IMG/VR virus record: IMGVR_UViG_3300043418_000226
From: a virus
Lineage: Duplodnaviria > Heunggongvirae > Uroviricota > Caudoviricetes
Direction: 5' to 3' (one strand)
DNA: 64,000 nt
In this document: piece after piece, positions 9,202 through 19,682 of the stretch
How the letters are laid out: each line of letters starts with the position of its first letter
How positions within the stretch are numbered: position 1 is the stretch's first letter
Position numbers and translations under genes: made by a program
The notes under the pieces: model-generated
What the model was told of the DNA's origin: nothing
Databases searched by the model: none
What the model saw: the letters and a program-made list of their open reading frames with translations, nothing else

Positions 9202-10596
9202 ATGGATTTATTATTTAAACACAATCAAGAAAAAGTAGACAGAAAAAGTGGGTCAAGGTCGTATTGTGATTTGAAAGTATTTTACGATGGGACAAATATA
9301 AATTACATGGGAGTATTTGACTTCGATTACCAAAGGTACGGAGTTAAGAGACATGTTATTTTCGAACACGCACTTACTGTTGACACTGTTACTGGTAATA
9401 TTAATGTTGTATATAGATTGATAAATGATGAATTAACAAATGATTCATTATTCAGGTCGATGGTTAAGAATAAAAAAAACGATTTTAGTTTATTTGCTGA
9501 CTTAACACATACCGGATTTTTAAAGGGTGAAAAACGTGCAGGTTTTTGGGGAGTACGATACGGAAGAGCAACTGATAAGATTGTGACTATCATTCAAGAC
9601 ATCCTCAAACCAAAATTTAAAAATGAATTCCATTCACAAAGAGATTATATTAAAAAATATGATGTAAATCCATTATACGATATGATTGTCGATTTCCATT
9701 TAGACCGTAAAGGAATAAAAGGACACGATGGAATTTATCAAGACATCCAAGGATCGTACCCAAATAAAAAGTGGTTAGTAAAAAATGATTATAAGTTCTT
9801 ACCTGCAATATTAGATTCCTATGGGATTAAATCAAAATACCTAATTGGAAAATTAAATAAAAGATACGATAAGACAATCCAACTTGATACATTAAACTAT
9901 ATTTGTAAACTGTTTGGTGAAAACTATCTTGATTATTTAAAACAAATAAAATGGGAAGACCACTGTTTTGACGGTACACCAAATAGAAAAATACACACAT
10001 TAAGAAACGAATCTGAAAAAAGAAGTATGGTCCAAACCATTAATAAATGGGAAAAGGATACTCTTAAATCGGATTCATTAATTTACTCAGTTAATAGACT
10101 TCTATCAATCAGAGAGTCATTAAAAGATATAGACATTGACTTAAAATTCAAATGTAAAAATGATTCTGAGTTCGATAACTTAATGGAAGTTTGGGTAGGG
10201 ACAAGACTATACTATTCAAGAGGATACAAATTAATGTATGGTTTACCTAAAGAATTTATAGACGAAATTGAGGAAGATATTATTGTTGACGGAGAACTAT
10301 TCAAACCTAAAATGATTTTAACTGACGAATCATTTAGAGTAGAAGGGTTTAATATGAAGAACTGTATGTCTAAACAATTTCCACATGGGGTAATTTACTT
10401 ATATGTTGCATTGGAAAACAAAAGAACGAGGATTAATTTACAATTCAGGAAAGGACTTTTAATTCAATCATATGGTAAGGCGAATACACCGGTCATTCCG
10501 TTCTTCACCAAGGCAGTTGAAGTGTTAAGTGATAGGTTTAGAAAACATCCGCACATTTCATGGAAGAAGGAAAAATATGACATTTTAAAAGATTAA
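9202..10596 (+). CDS. PcfJ-like domain protein, paralog of the upstream gene
   Basis: EGFNMKNCM...QSYGKAN; shares YPxxKxLxKNDxK..ILD..IKSK with 7289..9166. Confidence 0.65.
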   Translation: MDLLFKHNQEKVDRKSGSRSYCDLKVFYDGTNINYMGVFDFDYQRYGVKRHVIFEHALTVDTVTGNINVVYRLINDELTNDSLFRSMVKNKKNDFSLFADLTHTGFLKGEKRAGFWGVRYGRATDKIVTIIQDILKPKFKNEFHSQRDYIKKYDVNPLYDMIVDFHLDRKGIKGHDGIYQDIQGSYPNKKWLVKNDYKFLPAILDSYGIKSKYLIGKLNKRYDKTIQLDTLNYICKLFGENYLDYLKQIKWEDHCFDGTPNRKIHTLRNESEKRSMVQTINKWEKDTLKSDSLIYSVNRLLSIRESLKDIDIDLKFKCKNDSEFDNLMEVWVGTRLYYSRGYKLMYGLPKEFIDEIEEDIIVDGELFKPKMILTDESFRVEGFNMKNCMSKQFPHGVIYLYVALENKRTRINLQFRKGLLIQSYGKANTPVIPFFTKAVEVLSDRFRKHPHISWKKEKYDILKD

Positions 10597-11738
10597 TAAT
10601 CAGTCACTTATTTTTATTTTAAAAAATAATTTGGTACTATGATTTAAATTATGTATTTTTGTTTAGAATTAAAAACAAAGCAATGATACAACCAAAAGAA
10701 TCAAAATCAAACAGTCACTTCTGGATTAGTCTCGTTAAGTCGGGTCTTAGATTTGGAGCGTGTTTCACTCTTTATTACTTAAATTTTACAGGAGCAGCAT
10801 TACTACTCGGACTTGCGGAAGTCTTAGGTGTTGCCGAAGAAATCTTTTAAACATTAAAAATGACTACCGAAAGAAAACTTAAAGTTATTATAACGTTACT
10901 CGTTATAGGTCAAATTACCGGAATTTTCCTATTGTTTACAAATGAACGTATCCATAGAATACAAATGGAACAATTGAAAACGGAAAAGTCCAAACAGTTA
11001 AATGAGATGTATTTCCTTTATGATGAATTATTCATTGAGAAATCTGAAAATGGAAGACATGAATTAACAAGAGAAGAAGTTCTCAACAAATACCCCAAAG
11101 TGAAAACCGAATACGAACATTATTACGAACACGAAACAGAATAAATGATAAAAGATATACACATCGGAGGTTCCGATTACGTCAATATTAAAACCAGTAC
11201 TGTGGTTAAATTAAGGGAAGACTTCACAATAATGTCTGAAGAAGGACCAATTACAATATCGGTGGATATTAATGCAGATTTTGTTGGGATACCTCAGAAG
11301 TATCATGAAATTTTCCTTAACGTACTTACATCAAAGTACTTAAATAAAGTTTCTTACGGTGATAATCAATTCTCACAATGTAAACCTGTGACAAAAAGGA
11401 AGTGGTTTCAATTTTGGAAATCAAAATACTTCTCACAACAATAAACAATTTAAATAAAATATTATGCCAGACTTTAGTGTAGACGATTTGGATATCGATC
11501 CAGATGAATTTTTAGATGCATGTAGCGTTCGAGAAATAAAAGAAGTAATTGAATGGTTAGTCGACAATAACCACATTTCAAAATCAACAATTGAAAGTGT
11601 TGGTAACAATGCCTTAAATATTAACGACATTATGTTTCAAGAAAATTTGGATGCAATTTCCAAATCAAAATTGTTACTTTCAATTGAAGAGGAAGAAGTT
11701 ATCAATAGGATTGGGGAAAAATTTAAATACCTTTATTA

Positions 11739-12353
11739 ATGAAGGTTCTTGAATTATTTGCCGGTAGTAGGTCCGTAGGTAAAATTGCCGAACAGTTGGG
11801 TATGGAAGTATTCTCATCTGATTTAACTCCGTTTGATGGTATCCATTACGCGGTTAGTATATTGGATTTTGATGTCACTAAAGTACCTTTCCAACCGGAC
11901 ATTATTTGGGCTTCACCACCTTGTACTGGGTTTAGTGTCGCGGCACTTGGACATCATTGGACAGGTGGTAAAGGAGCGTACATTCCAAAGACAGACACGG
12001 CTCGTTTAGGTATTGAGTTAGCTAAGAAAACAATTGAGGTCATCAATCATTTTCAACCAAAGTATTGGTTCATTGAAAATCCAAGAGGAGTTCTTCGTAA
12101 GATGGATTTCATGGAGGACTTCAAAAGAAATACCGTTACGTATTGTCAATATGGTGACGATAGAATGAAACCAACTGACATATGGACAAACAGTGAAGTA
12201 TGGGTTCCAAGACCAATGTGTAAAAATGGTTCACCATGTCACGTTGCGGCACCGAGAGGTTCTAAAACGGGAACACAAGGACGTTCAAACGCATATGAGA
12301 GAAGTAAAATTCCCGAAGACTTATGTTTTGAAATTTTAAAAAGTTGTGTGTAA
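11739..12353 (+). CDS. Short C5 DNA cytosine methyltransferase-like protein
   Basis: LELFAGS (motif I), ASPPC (IV), IENP (VI). Confidence 0.85.
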   Translation: MKVLELFAGSRSVGKIAEQLGMEVFSSDLTPFDGIHYAVSILDFDVTKVPFQPDIIWASPPCTGFSVAALGHHWTGGKGAYIPKTDTARLGIELAKKTIEVINHFQPKYWFIENPRGVLRKMDFMEDFKRNTVTYCQYGDDRMKPTDIWTNSEVWVPRPMCKNGSPCHVAAPRGSKTGTQGRSNAYERSKIPEDLCFEILKSCV

Positions 12354-12700
12354 TGAGAAGTTTTAAATTCTACAAACAAGACGATAGATGGTACGTTGAT
12401 TTACCCGAATGGGAAGGTGAACAATGGGAACTTGAAATGGTAATGGGTGCCGATACGTTTCTTGACATTTTAGCTCAAGGTGAAGATGAGGTGTATGTTA
12501 CAATGTCAACCGAACCGTTCGAAAATTGTGAGACACTTCAGTTTATAGAATTGGGTAGACTTGAGGGACCTGAACTTGGAGAAGGGTCTTGGTATTTTTT
12601 AAACGAATATCAAGGAAATAGTTTTACTTTATCGCTTTGGTTATGTCACGTGACCACCTTTGTTTTCGGGGAATACCCCAATAGAATCTATTTCAAATAA
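12353..12700 (+). CDS. Conserved hypothetical protein (DUF6717-like)
   Basis: WYVDLPEW, LEMVMGADTFLD, LWLCHVT.FVFG.YP; true start probably the ATG at 12353. Confidence 0.55.
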   Translation: MRSFKFYKQDDRWYVDLPEWEGEQWELEMVMGADTFLDILAQGEDEVYVTMSTEPFENCETLQFIELGRLEGPELGEGSWYFLNEYQGNSFTLSLWLCHVTTFVFGEYPNRIYFK

Positions 12701-12774
12701 AATATAAATTATTTTAGAAAAGGTGGGATTATTTCCACCTTTCTTAGTATATATGTATATCAAAAATACATATA

Positions 12775-13173
12775 ATGCCGGAAGAATTTGTACCTTATCA
12801 CCAACATCTATTAGTTAAGTGTTGGGTTACTAACCCCCCTAAAAAGGAGGAACAATTAAACAAATGGTTTATTCACTTAGTTAACACGGTGGGTATGAAA
12901 GTCGTTGGTGGACCAACCAGTGTTTACGTATCTGACCCAGGTAATGAAGGATTAACGGGAACGGTTACTTTAGCCACCTCACATTCTTCTGTACACATTT
13001 GGGATAACCTTGAATTACCCATGGTACAATTTGACATCTACAGTTGTAAATGTTTCGACTTGGAACAAGTAATGAAGTGTTTTGAACTTTGGGGAATTGT
13101 AAATGCCGAATGGGTTATGATTGACAGAAACAACAAACCAACAATCATATCTGAAGGTGTTTGGGTTGCTTAA
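12775..13173 (+). CDS. speD: S-adenosylmethionine decarboxylase proenzyme-like
   Basis: GLTGTVTLATSHSSVHIW and FDIYSC; self-cleavage Ser retained. Confidence 0.75.
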   Translation: MPEEFVPYHQHLLVKCWVTNPPKKEEQLNKWFIHLVNTVGMKVVGGPTSVYVSDPGNEGLTGTVTLATSHSSVHIWDNLELPMVQFDIYSCKCFDLEQVMKCFELWGIVNAEWVMIDRNNKPTIISEGVWVA

Positions 13174-13209
13174 TTTGATTTTTTAAATTAAATTACCTAT
13201 ATTTGTCTA

Positions 13210-13755
13210 ATGAAGATAATTTTTTTAGATATAGACGGTGTTTTAGCCACACATTTGGAATATTCGAGACCGAGACATAAGTTTCAGGACAAATATGACG
13301 TTGCAAGAACTTTAAGGGTTCCATACCCATTCAATGCAAAATGTGTTGAAATTTTCAATGAAATATTAGAAAAAACAGGTGCAGAAATCGTATTGAGTTC
13401 TGATTGGAGAATGCATTGGAACTTGGAAGAGTTAGGTGAAATATTTAGACTTAATGGTGTTATTAAGTCACCAATTGATGTTACCCACCAATACAAACGT
13501 AAAATGTCGTCATCATTGGAAGATGATAGAGGACATCAGATTCTAACTTGGATTGAGAAAAATAAACCCGATACTTGGATTGCAATTGATGATTTAAAAT
13601 TATGGTCATTTGAACCCGAATATTTGGATAAGTTTTTTTTAACGAGGGACCAAGAAGGATTGAAACAATTAAGTCTTAAAGGTAAAATCATTAAAAAATT
13701 AAACCATGAGCAGGAGCAAGAGAAAACCGATAATCAAAGACCGACCGAGGAATAA
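13210..13755 (+). CDS. HAD phosphatase (RNA-repair 'Swiss army knife' type)
   Basis: FLDIDGVL, IVLSSDWR, AIDD. Confidence 0.8.
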   Translation: MKIIFLDIDGVLATHLEYSRPRHKFQDKYDVARTLRVPYPFNAKCVEIFNEILEKTGAEIVLSSDWRMHWNLEELGEIFRLNGVIKSPIDVTHQYKRKMSSSLEDDRGHQILTWIEKNKPDTWIAIDDLKLWSFEPEYLDKFFLTRDQEGLKQLSLKGKIIKKLNHEQEQEKTDNQRPTEE

Positions 13756-14126
13756 AAAGAAATCCACACTGTATTGGAGAATAGTTCGTAGAGTTATTAA
13801 CGGTAGAGTGAGAACATTAAAAGACAACCCGACCGAAGAACAACTTCCCGAACCAAAAGAAATTGTTAATGATTATGATTACTGTGATTGGATAAGTGAC
13901 TTTAGAGACCCATTTTGGACTCAATTTAGGGACAAAGAATACATAGAGAAAAAGAAGAGAAAATAGATATGGGACGTTACATTACATTTGGGATTATATT
14001 TTTTATTTTAATCATTGTAGTATGGAGATGGGTAACCGCGATTGATTATATGGACAAAAACCACCCTGATTATAAAGGAGATGATTTATTTGGTGAATTC
14101 ACTGACGAAGATAAAGACCACTTAAT

Positions 14127-14522
14127 ATGAAAGAAAGTAAAAAACCTGACATGGTTGTTTGGGACGATAACCGTGGTTATTATCAAAATCAATTAACTTA
14201 TGGGTCCAATCACAGTGCTCCTGCAATTAAATTAGACGATGTGACAGGTTGGAAACAATCCCAAATACTTTCGGCAAATAAACAATTTAACACAAAATAC
14301 GAAGAACTCAAGGAAGAATTTAGAAAACTTGTTGAGGAGGTTAATATTAGTGAGATGTTATATTCGGCTAAATGTAACTTCCTACCAATTGTTGGGGAAA
14401 CCTATCATTTATATGAAGGTAAAGATGGTTTATTTTTGTCATTAATTGAACCCAATAGTTGGAATCAAAAATATGTTGGTTCATATAAACTGAATTCAAC
14501 ACAAAAATGGACAAAAGTATAA
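14127..14522 (+). CDS. DUF2452-like protein
   Basis: YSAKCNFLPIVGETYHLY..FLSLIEP.SW. Confidence 0.65.
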   Translation: MKESKKPDMVVWDDNRGYYQNQLTYGSNHSAPAIKLDDVTGWKQSQILSANKQFNTKYEELKEEFRKLVEEVNISEMLYSAKCNFLPIVGETYHLYEGKDGLFLSLIEPNSWNQKYVGSYKLNSTQKWTKV

Positions 14523-14543
14523 TATTTGTATATTTATAGGAGT

Positions 14544-15842
14544 ATGAAACAGACATTAAAAGAAGATTTAGAGAGAATCCACACCCTTACGTACGGTAAA
14601 CCGTTAACCGAGGGTACGTTTATGGATAAAATATTAAAATCGATAGGAATAAATAAAGACGAGAAGAAAGCGGACGTAGTTAGTGCAGATGTTGAAGAAT
14701 TCTTTAAAACTCTCGAAAATGCCTCAACAGGTAATGGAATTACTCAACAAGAAAAAGGTTCAATGAATTTCCAAAAAGAAGTTGAATCGATGCAAATTGG
14801 TTTAGAATTACTTGGATATGAATTACCAACCTATGGGGTTGATGGACTTTTTGGTCCCGAAACGGCAAGGGCGGTTAGTAAATTTAAGAAAGATCACCTA
14901 ACAATAAACGAAGCGGCATCTGAAATTAGTTCTACCGCAAGTGAATTAGGTTATTCAATCAAGGGTGGACAATTAAATAGTGGTGGTGAGGTAACTGATA
15001 ACATAAGTGGTATTGTTGCCGACATACTAAAAGAATTTAAATCGACTAACCCGAAAACAAAGGTTACAGTAACGGCAGGTAACGATACTTTTCATAAGAA
15101 ATTAGGATATAAAAGTAAACACGTTGAGGGTAATGCAATTGACGTTACGTTAACACCTTATAACAATAACACGTCAAATGCGTTTATTGAGGTATTAAAC
15201 AAATACAAACAACAAAACCCTAACTTTAGTTTTATGGATGAATATAAACATCCATCATCATCTGCAACCGGAGGACATTTCCATTTACAATACGGTAAAG
15301 GAGGTTCAACAGGCACCTCAACTGCGTTAGTAAGTGCGGAACCTGCAATGTTAATTAAGTTAATTGAATTACTTAAACAAAAAGGAGTTAAATCTGAAGA
15401 TTTGAAAGCACACACCAATGTCGGTGCAATTGCTAAATACGCAGGTTCAAACGATGATGATTTTTATAAAGCGATTCTTGAAGGTTTAGCGGCACCAATA
15501 TCCAAAGAAAATATGAAATTTATTTATGGTTGGAGACAAGCTGAGGGTAAGTCGGGTAACTATAACCCATTCAACACCACATGGAAAATGCCAAATTCGA
15601 CATCAGTAAATTCACACGGTGTTCAATCATATGCCAGTGCACAAGATGGTTTAGTGGCCACACTTAAAACTTTAAAAATGGGTAGATATAGTTGTATAAC
15701 TGAAGGTCTTAGAAGAGACATCGGAGCAGATAACATAGCACAATGTGAGTCTTTGAAAACATGGGGAACAGGTGATTTAGTTGTTAAAGTGTTAACAGCA
15801 TATAACTCAGGTGCACAACCAAAGGTACCGGCATTAGCATAA
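14544..15842 (+). CDS. Multidomain peptidoglycan hydrolase (PG-binding + M15-like Zn peptidase + lysozyme-like domain)
   Basis: GVDGLFGPETARAV; SKHVEGNAID..GGHFH; WRQAEG..NPFNTT; start at ATG 14544 after TATTTATA. Confidence 0.65.
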   Translation: MKQTLKEDLERIHTLTYGKPLTEGTFMDKILKSIGINKDEKKADVVSADVEEFFKTLENASTGNGITQQEKGSMNFQKEVESMQIGLELLGYELPTYGVDGLFGPETARAVSKFKKDHLTINEAASEISSTASELGYSIKGGQLNSGGEVTDNISGIVADILKEFKSTNPKTKVTVTAGNDTFHKKLGYKSKHVEGNAIDVTLTPYNNNTSNAFIEVLNKYKQQNPNFSFMDEYKHPSSSATGGHFHLQYGKGGSTGTSTALVSAEPAMLIKLIELLKQKGVKSEDLKAHTNVGAIAKYAGSNDDDFYKAILEGLAAPISKENMKFIYGWRQAEGKSGNYNPFNTTWKMPNSTSVNSHGVQSYASAQDGLVATLKTLKMGRYSCITEGLRRDIGADNIAQCESLKTWGTGDLVVKVLTAYNSGAQPKVPALA

Positions 15843-15889
15843 ATCTTATCTATTTATAGAGTAACAAAAAACATTAAAAAAATCACAAA

Positions 15890-17152
15890 ATGGAACATAT
15901 ATCAAAAACAAATAAAATCTCATTATTAGAATCATTAGACATTAATGAGATGCCAGCTTACGTTCCCGGTAAAATGGAGAAAAAACCATGGGAAGACGAT
16001 GAAGAAGGTACAGATAAAGGAAAAAAGGAAAAACTATCAAAGGCAAAACCAGGTTGGTTAGGTCAAGTTGACCCAAGAGACCCGAATCGTCCGGCTCCTG
16101 ATTTTTATTTGTATAACCCAACAAAAACTGAAGAAGGTGTTAAGACAGGTATTGTAACGTTAGGTGAAGCCGAAGCGGAACAATTTATCCAAACACATGG
16201 TAAGTTTATGGAATGGTTAAATAAAACCACAAACAATAGAGTTCACTTACTTAACATTTCAAAAACACATTACGACCCTGCGAAAGGTAACACACCTAAA
16301 GCAAAGGAATTACAATCATTAATTGGTAACTACGGTGAAACTGAAGGTAAACCAATTAGTGTTAAAGAAAAAATATTAAGAGGAGGTATCAACCCAATAT
16401 TAAGAAAATATTTGGCAACACCTGAAGTTAATGAACATTTAAAACAATCAGGTTACCCACCAATCAATATGCCGGACCAATTCTACAAGAATCAAAAGGC
16501 GGCAATTGATAGATATAGTAAAGTTTCAAATGAAGAAGTAAATTGGGGTGGTCATAACTACGCATTTTATAATAGTGTACCTGATTTTGCTAAGGCATCT
16601 CAAGAATTATTATTTGGTGACGATGTAAGTGTACCAGTTGAGGTGACTCACATGCCACGTCAGTTTAATCCAAGAGCAAACTGGAGTCCATTGAGACCAA
16701 CTCAAAAAATGGATGTCAACTATAAAGAAAATCCATTGACACCAATCTTAAAATTACCTAAGAGAGGTTTTAGAGAAGAAGATAGAGACGTTGCAGTTTC
16801 AAACAGTATCAATGTTAAGGGTGTAGAATCGGATGGTGAAAACGGAACTAAAGTTTATACTTGGACAGTTCAATTCTCAACAGGTTTAGGTAAGAAATTA
16901 CAAGACGATGTTAGATTGAATGATAATGGTTTAATCGAAGATAAAAACTTCACAGCAACTGAACGTACAGAACCGATGGAGAGTGTTGAAGGACCAGACG
17001 GTTCAATCGCATCAAACCCAATTGTAATGGATTCACTTAAAAAGGCGTTAGAAAGTGTTAACTCACAAATTATGTCAATCGACCCTGAAGAGGAATTAAT
17101 TCCAAGAACTCGTGTTGATAGAAACGACTTAACAAGAAAAGTAGATCAATAG
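15890..17152 (+). CDS. Hypothetical protein, possibly virion/internal
   Basis: Late-type motif upstream; N-terminal LLES/INE. Confidence 0.5.
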   Translation: MEHISKTNKISLLESLDINEMPAYVPGKMEKKPWEDDEEGTDKGKKEKLSKAKPGWLGQVDPRDPNRPAPDFYLYNPTKTEEGVKTGIVTLGEAEAEQFIQTHGKFMEWLNKTTNNRVHLLNISKTHYDPAKGNTPKAKELQSLIGNYGETEGKPISVKEKILRGGINPILRKYLATPEVNEHLKQSGYPPINMPDQFYKNQKAAIDRYSKVSNEEVNWGGHNYAFYNSVPDFAKASQELLFGDDVSVPVEVTHMPRQFNPRANWSPLRPTQKMDVNYKENPLTPILKLPKRGFREEDRDVAVSNSINVKGVESDGENGTKVYTWTVQFSTGLGKKLQDDVRLNDNGLIEDKNFTATERTEPMESVEGPDGSIASNPIVMDSLKKALESVNSQIMSIDPEEELIPRTRVDRNDLTRKVDQ

Positions 17153-17202
17153 TTGTCCCCCTCTATGGATAGTATCCTTAGACCGACACGAAAGTGTTTC
17201 AG

Positions 17203-17231
17203 AATCCTCACAGAAATGTGGGGATTTTTTT
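17203..17231 (+). terminator. Intrinsic terminator
   Basis: AATCCTCACA-GAAA-TGTGGGGATT plus T-tract. Confidence 0.8.
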
Positions 17232-17280
17232 GTTTATTAAAATATAATGTGTATCTTTGTAGAAATTAAAACACTGTAAG

Positions 17281-17937
17281 ATGTTAAAGATAGAAAATAC
17301 AAGAAAAGTGTGGGTAACATCGGACACACATTTTGCTCACGGTAACATTTGCCGTGGAACAACTAATTGGAGATTACCTAACGGCGACATTCCCGAAGAC
17401 CAAACAAGAGACTTTCTTACCTTAGATAAGATGAACGATACAATTGTCAACAACATCAATGAAGTTGTTGGTCAAGATGACGTGTTAATTCATTTTGGTG
17501 ACTGGTCATTTGGTGGGTTCGAAAATATTCAAACATTGAGAGACAGAATTATTTGTCAGGAGATTCATTTAATATTAGGTAATCACGACCATCACATCGA
17601 TAGAAATAGAGAGAACTGTCAAAGTCTATTCAGTAGTGTCCAATGGTTCCTACAATTGAACTACATGGGTGAAACGATAGAATGTATGCATTTCCCTATA
17701 AGTTCTTGGAATGGTCTTAATAAGGGTCGCATTCACTTACATGGACACCAACACTTACCACATCACAGAAAGATTACCAATGGTAGACGTATGGACGTTG
17801 GTATGGACGGTCACCCTGAGTTTAGACCTTACGATTTACACCGTGAGATTATAAACCCAATGAAAAAGTTAGCAATAGGTTCGGAAATGGGAAGTCACGA
17901 CCATCACCTTGATGATATTAAAGGAATTGTTGGTTAA
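17281..17937 (+). CDS. Calcineurin-like metallophosphoesterase
   Basis: SDTH, GD, GNHD, HGHQH motifs. Confidence 0.9.
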   Translation: MLKIENTRKVWVTSDTHFAHGNICRGTTNWRLPNGDIPEDQTRDFLTLDKMNDTIVNNINEVVGQDDVLIHFGDWSFGGFENIQTLRDRIICQEIHLILGNHDHHIDRNRENCQSLFSSVQWFLQLNYMGETIECMHFPISSWNGLNKGRIHLHGHQHLPHHRKITNGRRMDVGMDGHPEFRPYDLHREIINPMKKLAIGSEMGSHDHHLDDIKGIVG

Positions 17938-17988
17938 TATTTGGTAATGTCGAATTTTTTAATTATATTATAACAAATAAAGAAACGT

Positions 17989-18426
17989 ATGAACATTAAA
18001 CAAGCACTTAAACAAAAGAATAAACTTGTAGGTTTAATCTCTGAGGAGTTTAACAAAGCGGCAAAGTATAACGTTGTCGACGAAGGAAATCCACGTCCAT
18101 ATTCTGCAACTGAATCTATTGCTAAATGGATGACTTTGACGGATGAGTTAGTTGAATTAAAAACAAAGATTCATAAGGCAAATCAACCAATGTATAGTCG
18201 TATCTTCAGATTAGCTGAGTGTAAAAACCAAGTTAAGTATTTGAAGAGTTTAGATTGTACTTCAGGTAAAGTGGCCAATCGTTGGGATTCAACAGAACCA
18301 ACAGTTAAACATGCCGAAATCAATATTATTGAAAGAGATAATATGGTTAAGACATTGGAATCTCAAATTGAATTTATTCAAGATGAATTAGACCAATGGA
18401 ACCATAATACCACTATTGAGGATTAA
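17989..18426 (+). CDS. DIP1984-like coiled-coil protein
   Basis: MNIKQALK..LKTKIHKAN..IQDELDQWNHNT pattern. Confidence 0.55.
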   Translation: MNIKQALKQKNKLVGLISEEFNKAAKYNVVDEGNPRPYSATESIAKWMTLTDELVELKTKIHKANQPMYSRIFRLAECKNQVKYLKSLDCTSGKVANRWDSTEPTVKHAEINIIERDNMVKTLESQIEFIQDELDQWNHNTTIED

Positions 18427-18432
18427 GGACTT

Positions 18433-18623
18433 GGTTGGGGGACGAGTGATTTTAGATAATCAAATACCTATGGTATTTAACTACATGATATATGTTGTGT
18501 TCTGATAACTTGATGAAGATTTCGAATTCAAACTTAAATTTTCATATAGTCAACATTACGTTAACGTCAACACATAAAATTCTTTTACGATTATTTTAAA
18601 AGAACTCTGAACCCAACCTTTTT
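18433..18623 (+). ncRNA. Candidate structured ncRNA / 3' element
   Basis: GGTTGGG (18433) pairs with CCCAACC (18612) and GAGT with ACTC, then a T-tract; no annotated ORF. Confidence 0.35.
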
Positions 18624-18657
18624 ATACTTTCAGTGTATTTATATATAAATTAAGAAA

Positions 18658-18861
18658 ATGGCAAACGTAGTTAAAATAAAACAATCAGATATCGTAGACA
18701 TGGCGGTTAACATTATTAAAGAAAACGCTAACATGATGGGTAATAATCAAGAAATTGACGAACAAGCTAACGAAATTGGTATTTTAATTGGTAAAGGTGA
18801 AGATGGGTTCTATTATGCCTATAACCCTGAAACAGGAGACGTATTGGGAAGAACTAAATAA
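18658..18861 (+). CDS. Small protein, possibly capsid-internal
   Basis: TATTTATA upstream; VVKIKQSDI..IIKE N-terminus. Confidence 0.5.
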   Translation: MANVVKIKQSDIVDMAVNIIKENANMMGNNQEIDEQANEIGILIGKGEDGFYYAYNPETGDVLGRTK

Positions 18862-18880
18862 AAACACACACTATATAATT

Positions 18881-18908
18881 AACCTCACAGAAATGTGGGG
18901 TTTTTTTA
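18881..18908 (+). terminator. Intrinsic terminator, near-identical to 17203
   Basis: AACCTCACA-GAAA-TGTGGGGTT plus T-tract. Confidence 0.8.
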
Positions 18909-18953
18909 TGCTTTTTTTTTGGTTAATAAAAATATTATGATTATCTTTGTCAG

Positions 18954-19424
18954 ATGAAAAGTGAATATAAGATTTATTGTGACATGGACGGAGTCCTTGT
19001 TGACTTTGATAAGGGTTATAAAGATTTAACCGGTGTCGAATTAGATGGTGAACATCGTAGTGATGATCACTTTTGGGACCCCATTAATGATGCGGGATAC
19101 GATTTTTGGATTAACCTTCCGTGGGCATCGGATGGTAAAAGATTATGGAAGTATATTGAAAAATACAGTCCTGAGTTATTGTCCGCACCTTCGAGACAAA
19201 CAGAATCGAGAGTGGCAAAAAATGATTGGGTTAACAGGGAATTACCTGGTACTCATTTAATTTTAAGAAGTGCAAAACATAAGAAAGACTTCGCAGCACC
19301 TAACGCAATATTAATTGACGACCGTCTGGATAACATCCAAGGTTGGAGAGATGCTGGCGGTATCGGAATTCACCATATTAATACTAAACACACAATTGAC
19401 CAATTAAAATCATTAGGACTATGA
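18954..19424 (+). CDS. 5'(3')-deoxyribonucleotidase, HAD family
   Basis: DMDGVLVDF, LSAP, LIDD..DN...W..AGG.GI. Confidence 0.85.
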   Translation: MKSEYKIYCDMDGVLVDFDKGYKDLTGVELDGEHRSDDHFWDPINDAGYDFWINLPWASDGKRLWKYIEKYSPELLSAPSRQTESRVAKNDWVNRELPGTHLILRSAKHKKDFAAPNAILIDDRLDNIQGWRDAGGIGIHHINTKHTIDQLKSLGL

Positions 19425-19681
19425 AAAAATTATTATTTGCAATCATCTGTATCGGATTCGTAAGTTGCACAGACAATCAAATGGCACGTAACTTTGGTGG
19501 TACTGAAATTATTAATTTAGAACCGGGTAAACGATTAGTTAACATTACATGGAAAGGTAATGATAATGCGAGTTTATGGATTCTAACAAAACAAGATACC
19601 ACGGCACCATCAACTTACTCATTTAAAGAGAAGTCAGGTTTTGGAAATATTGAAGGTGAAGTAATCATTAAGGAACAATAA
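19421..19681 (+). CDS. Lipoprotein
   Basis: Signal peptide with lipobox FVSC. Confidence 0.7.
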   Translation: MKKLLFAIICIGFVSCTDNQMARNFGGTEIINLEPGKRLVNITWKGNDNASLWILTKQDTTAPSTYSFKEKSGFGNIEGEVIIKEQ

Positions 19682-19682
19682 G

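Noticed and set aside
12353-12376. MRSFKFY as a member of the FKF-tag family
   Set aside because: Tyr at the last position, 36 kb from the cluster, and the segment looks like the first strand of a conserved domain
17203-18908. Repeated CCTCACAGAAATGTGGGG as a mobile repeat
   Set aside because: Both copies are hairpin plus T-tract after genes, adequately explained as terminators
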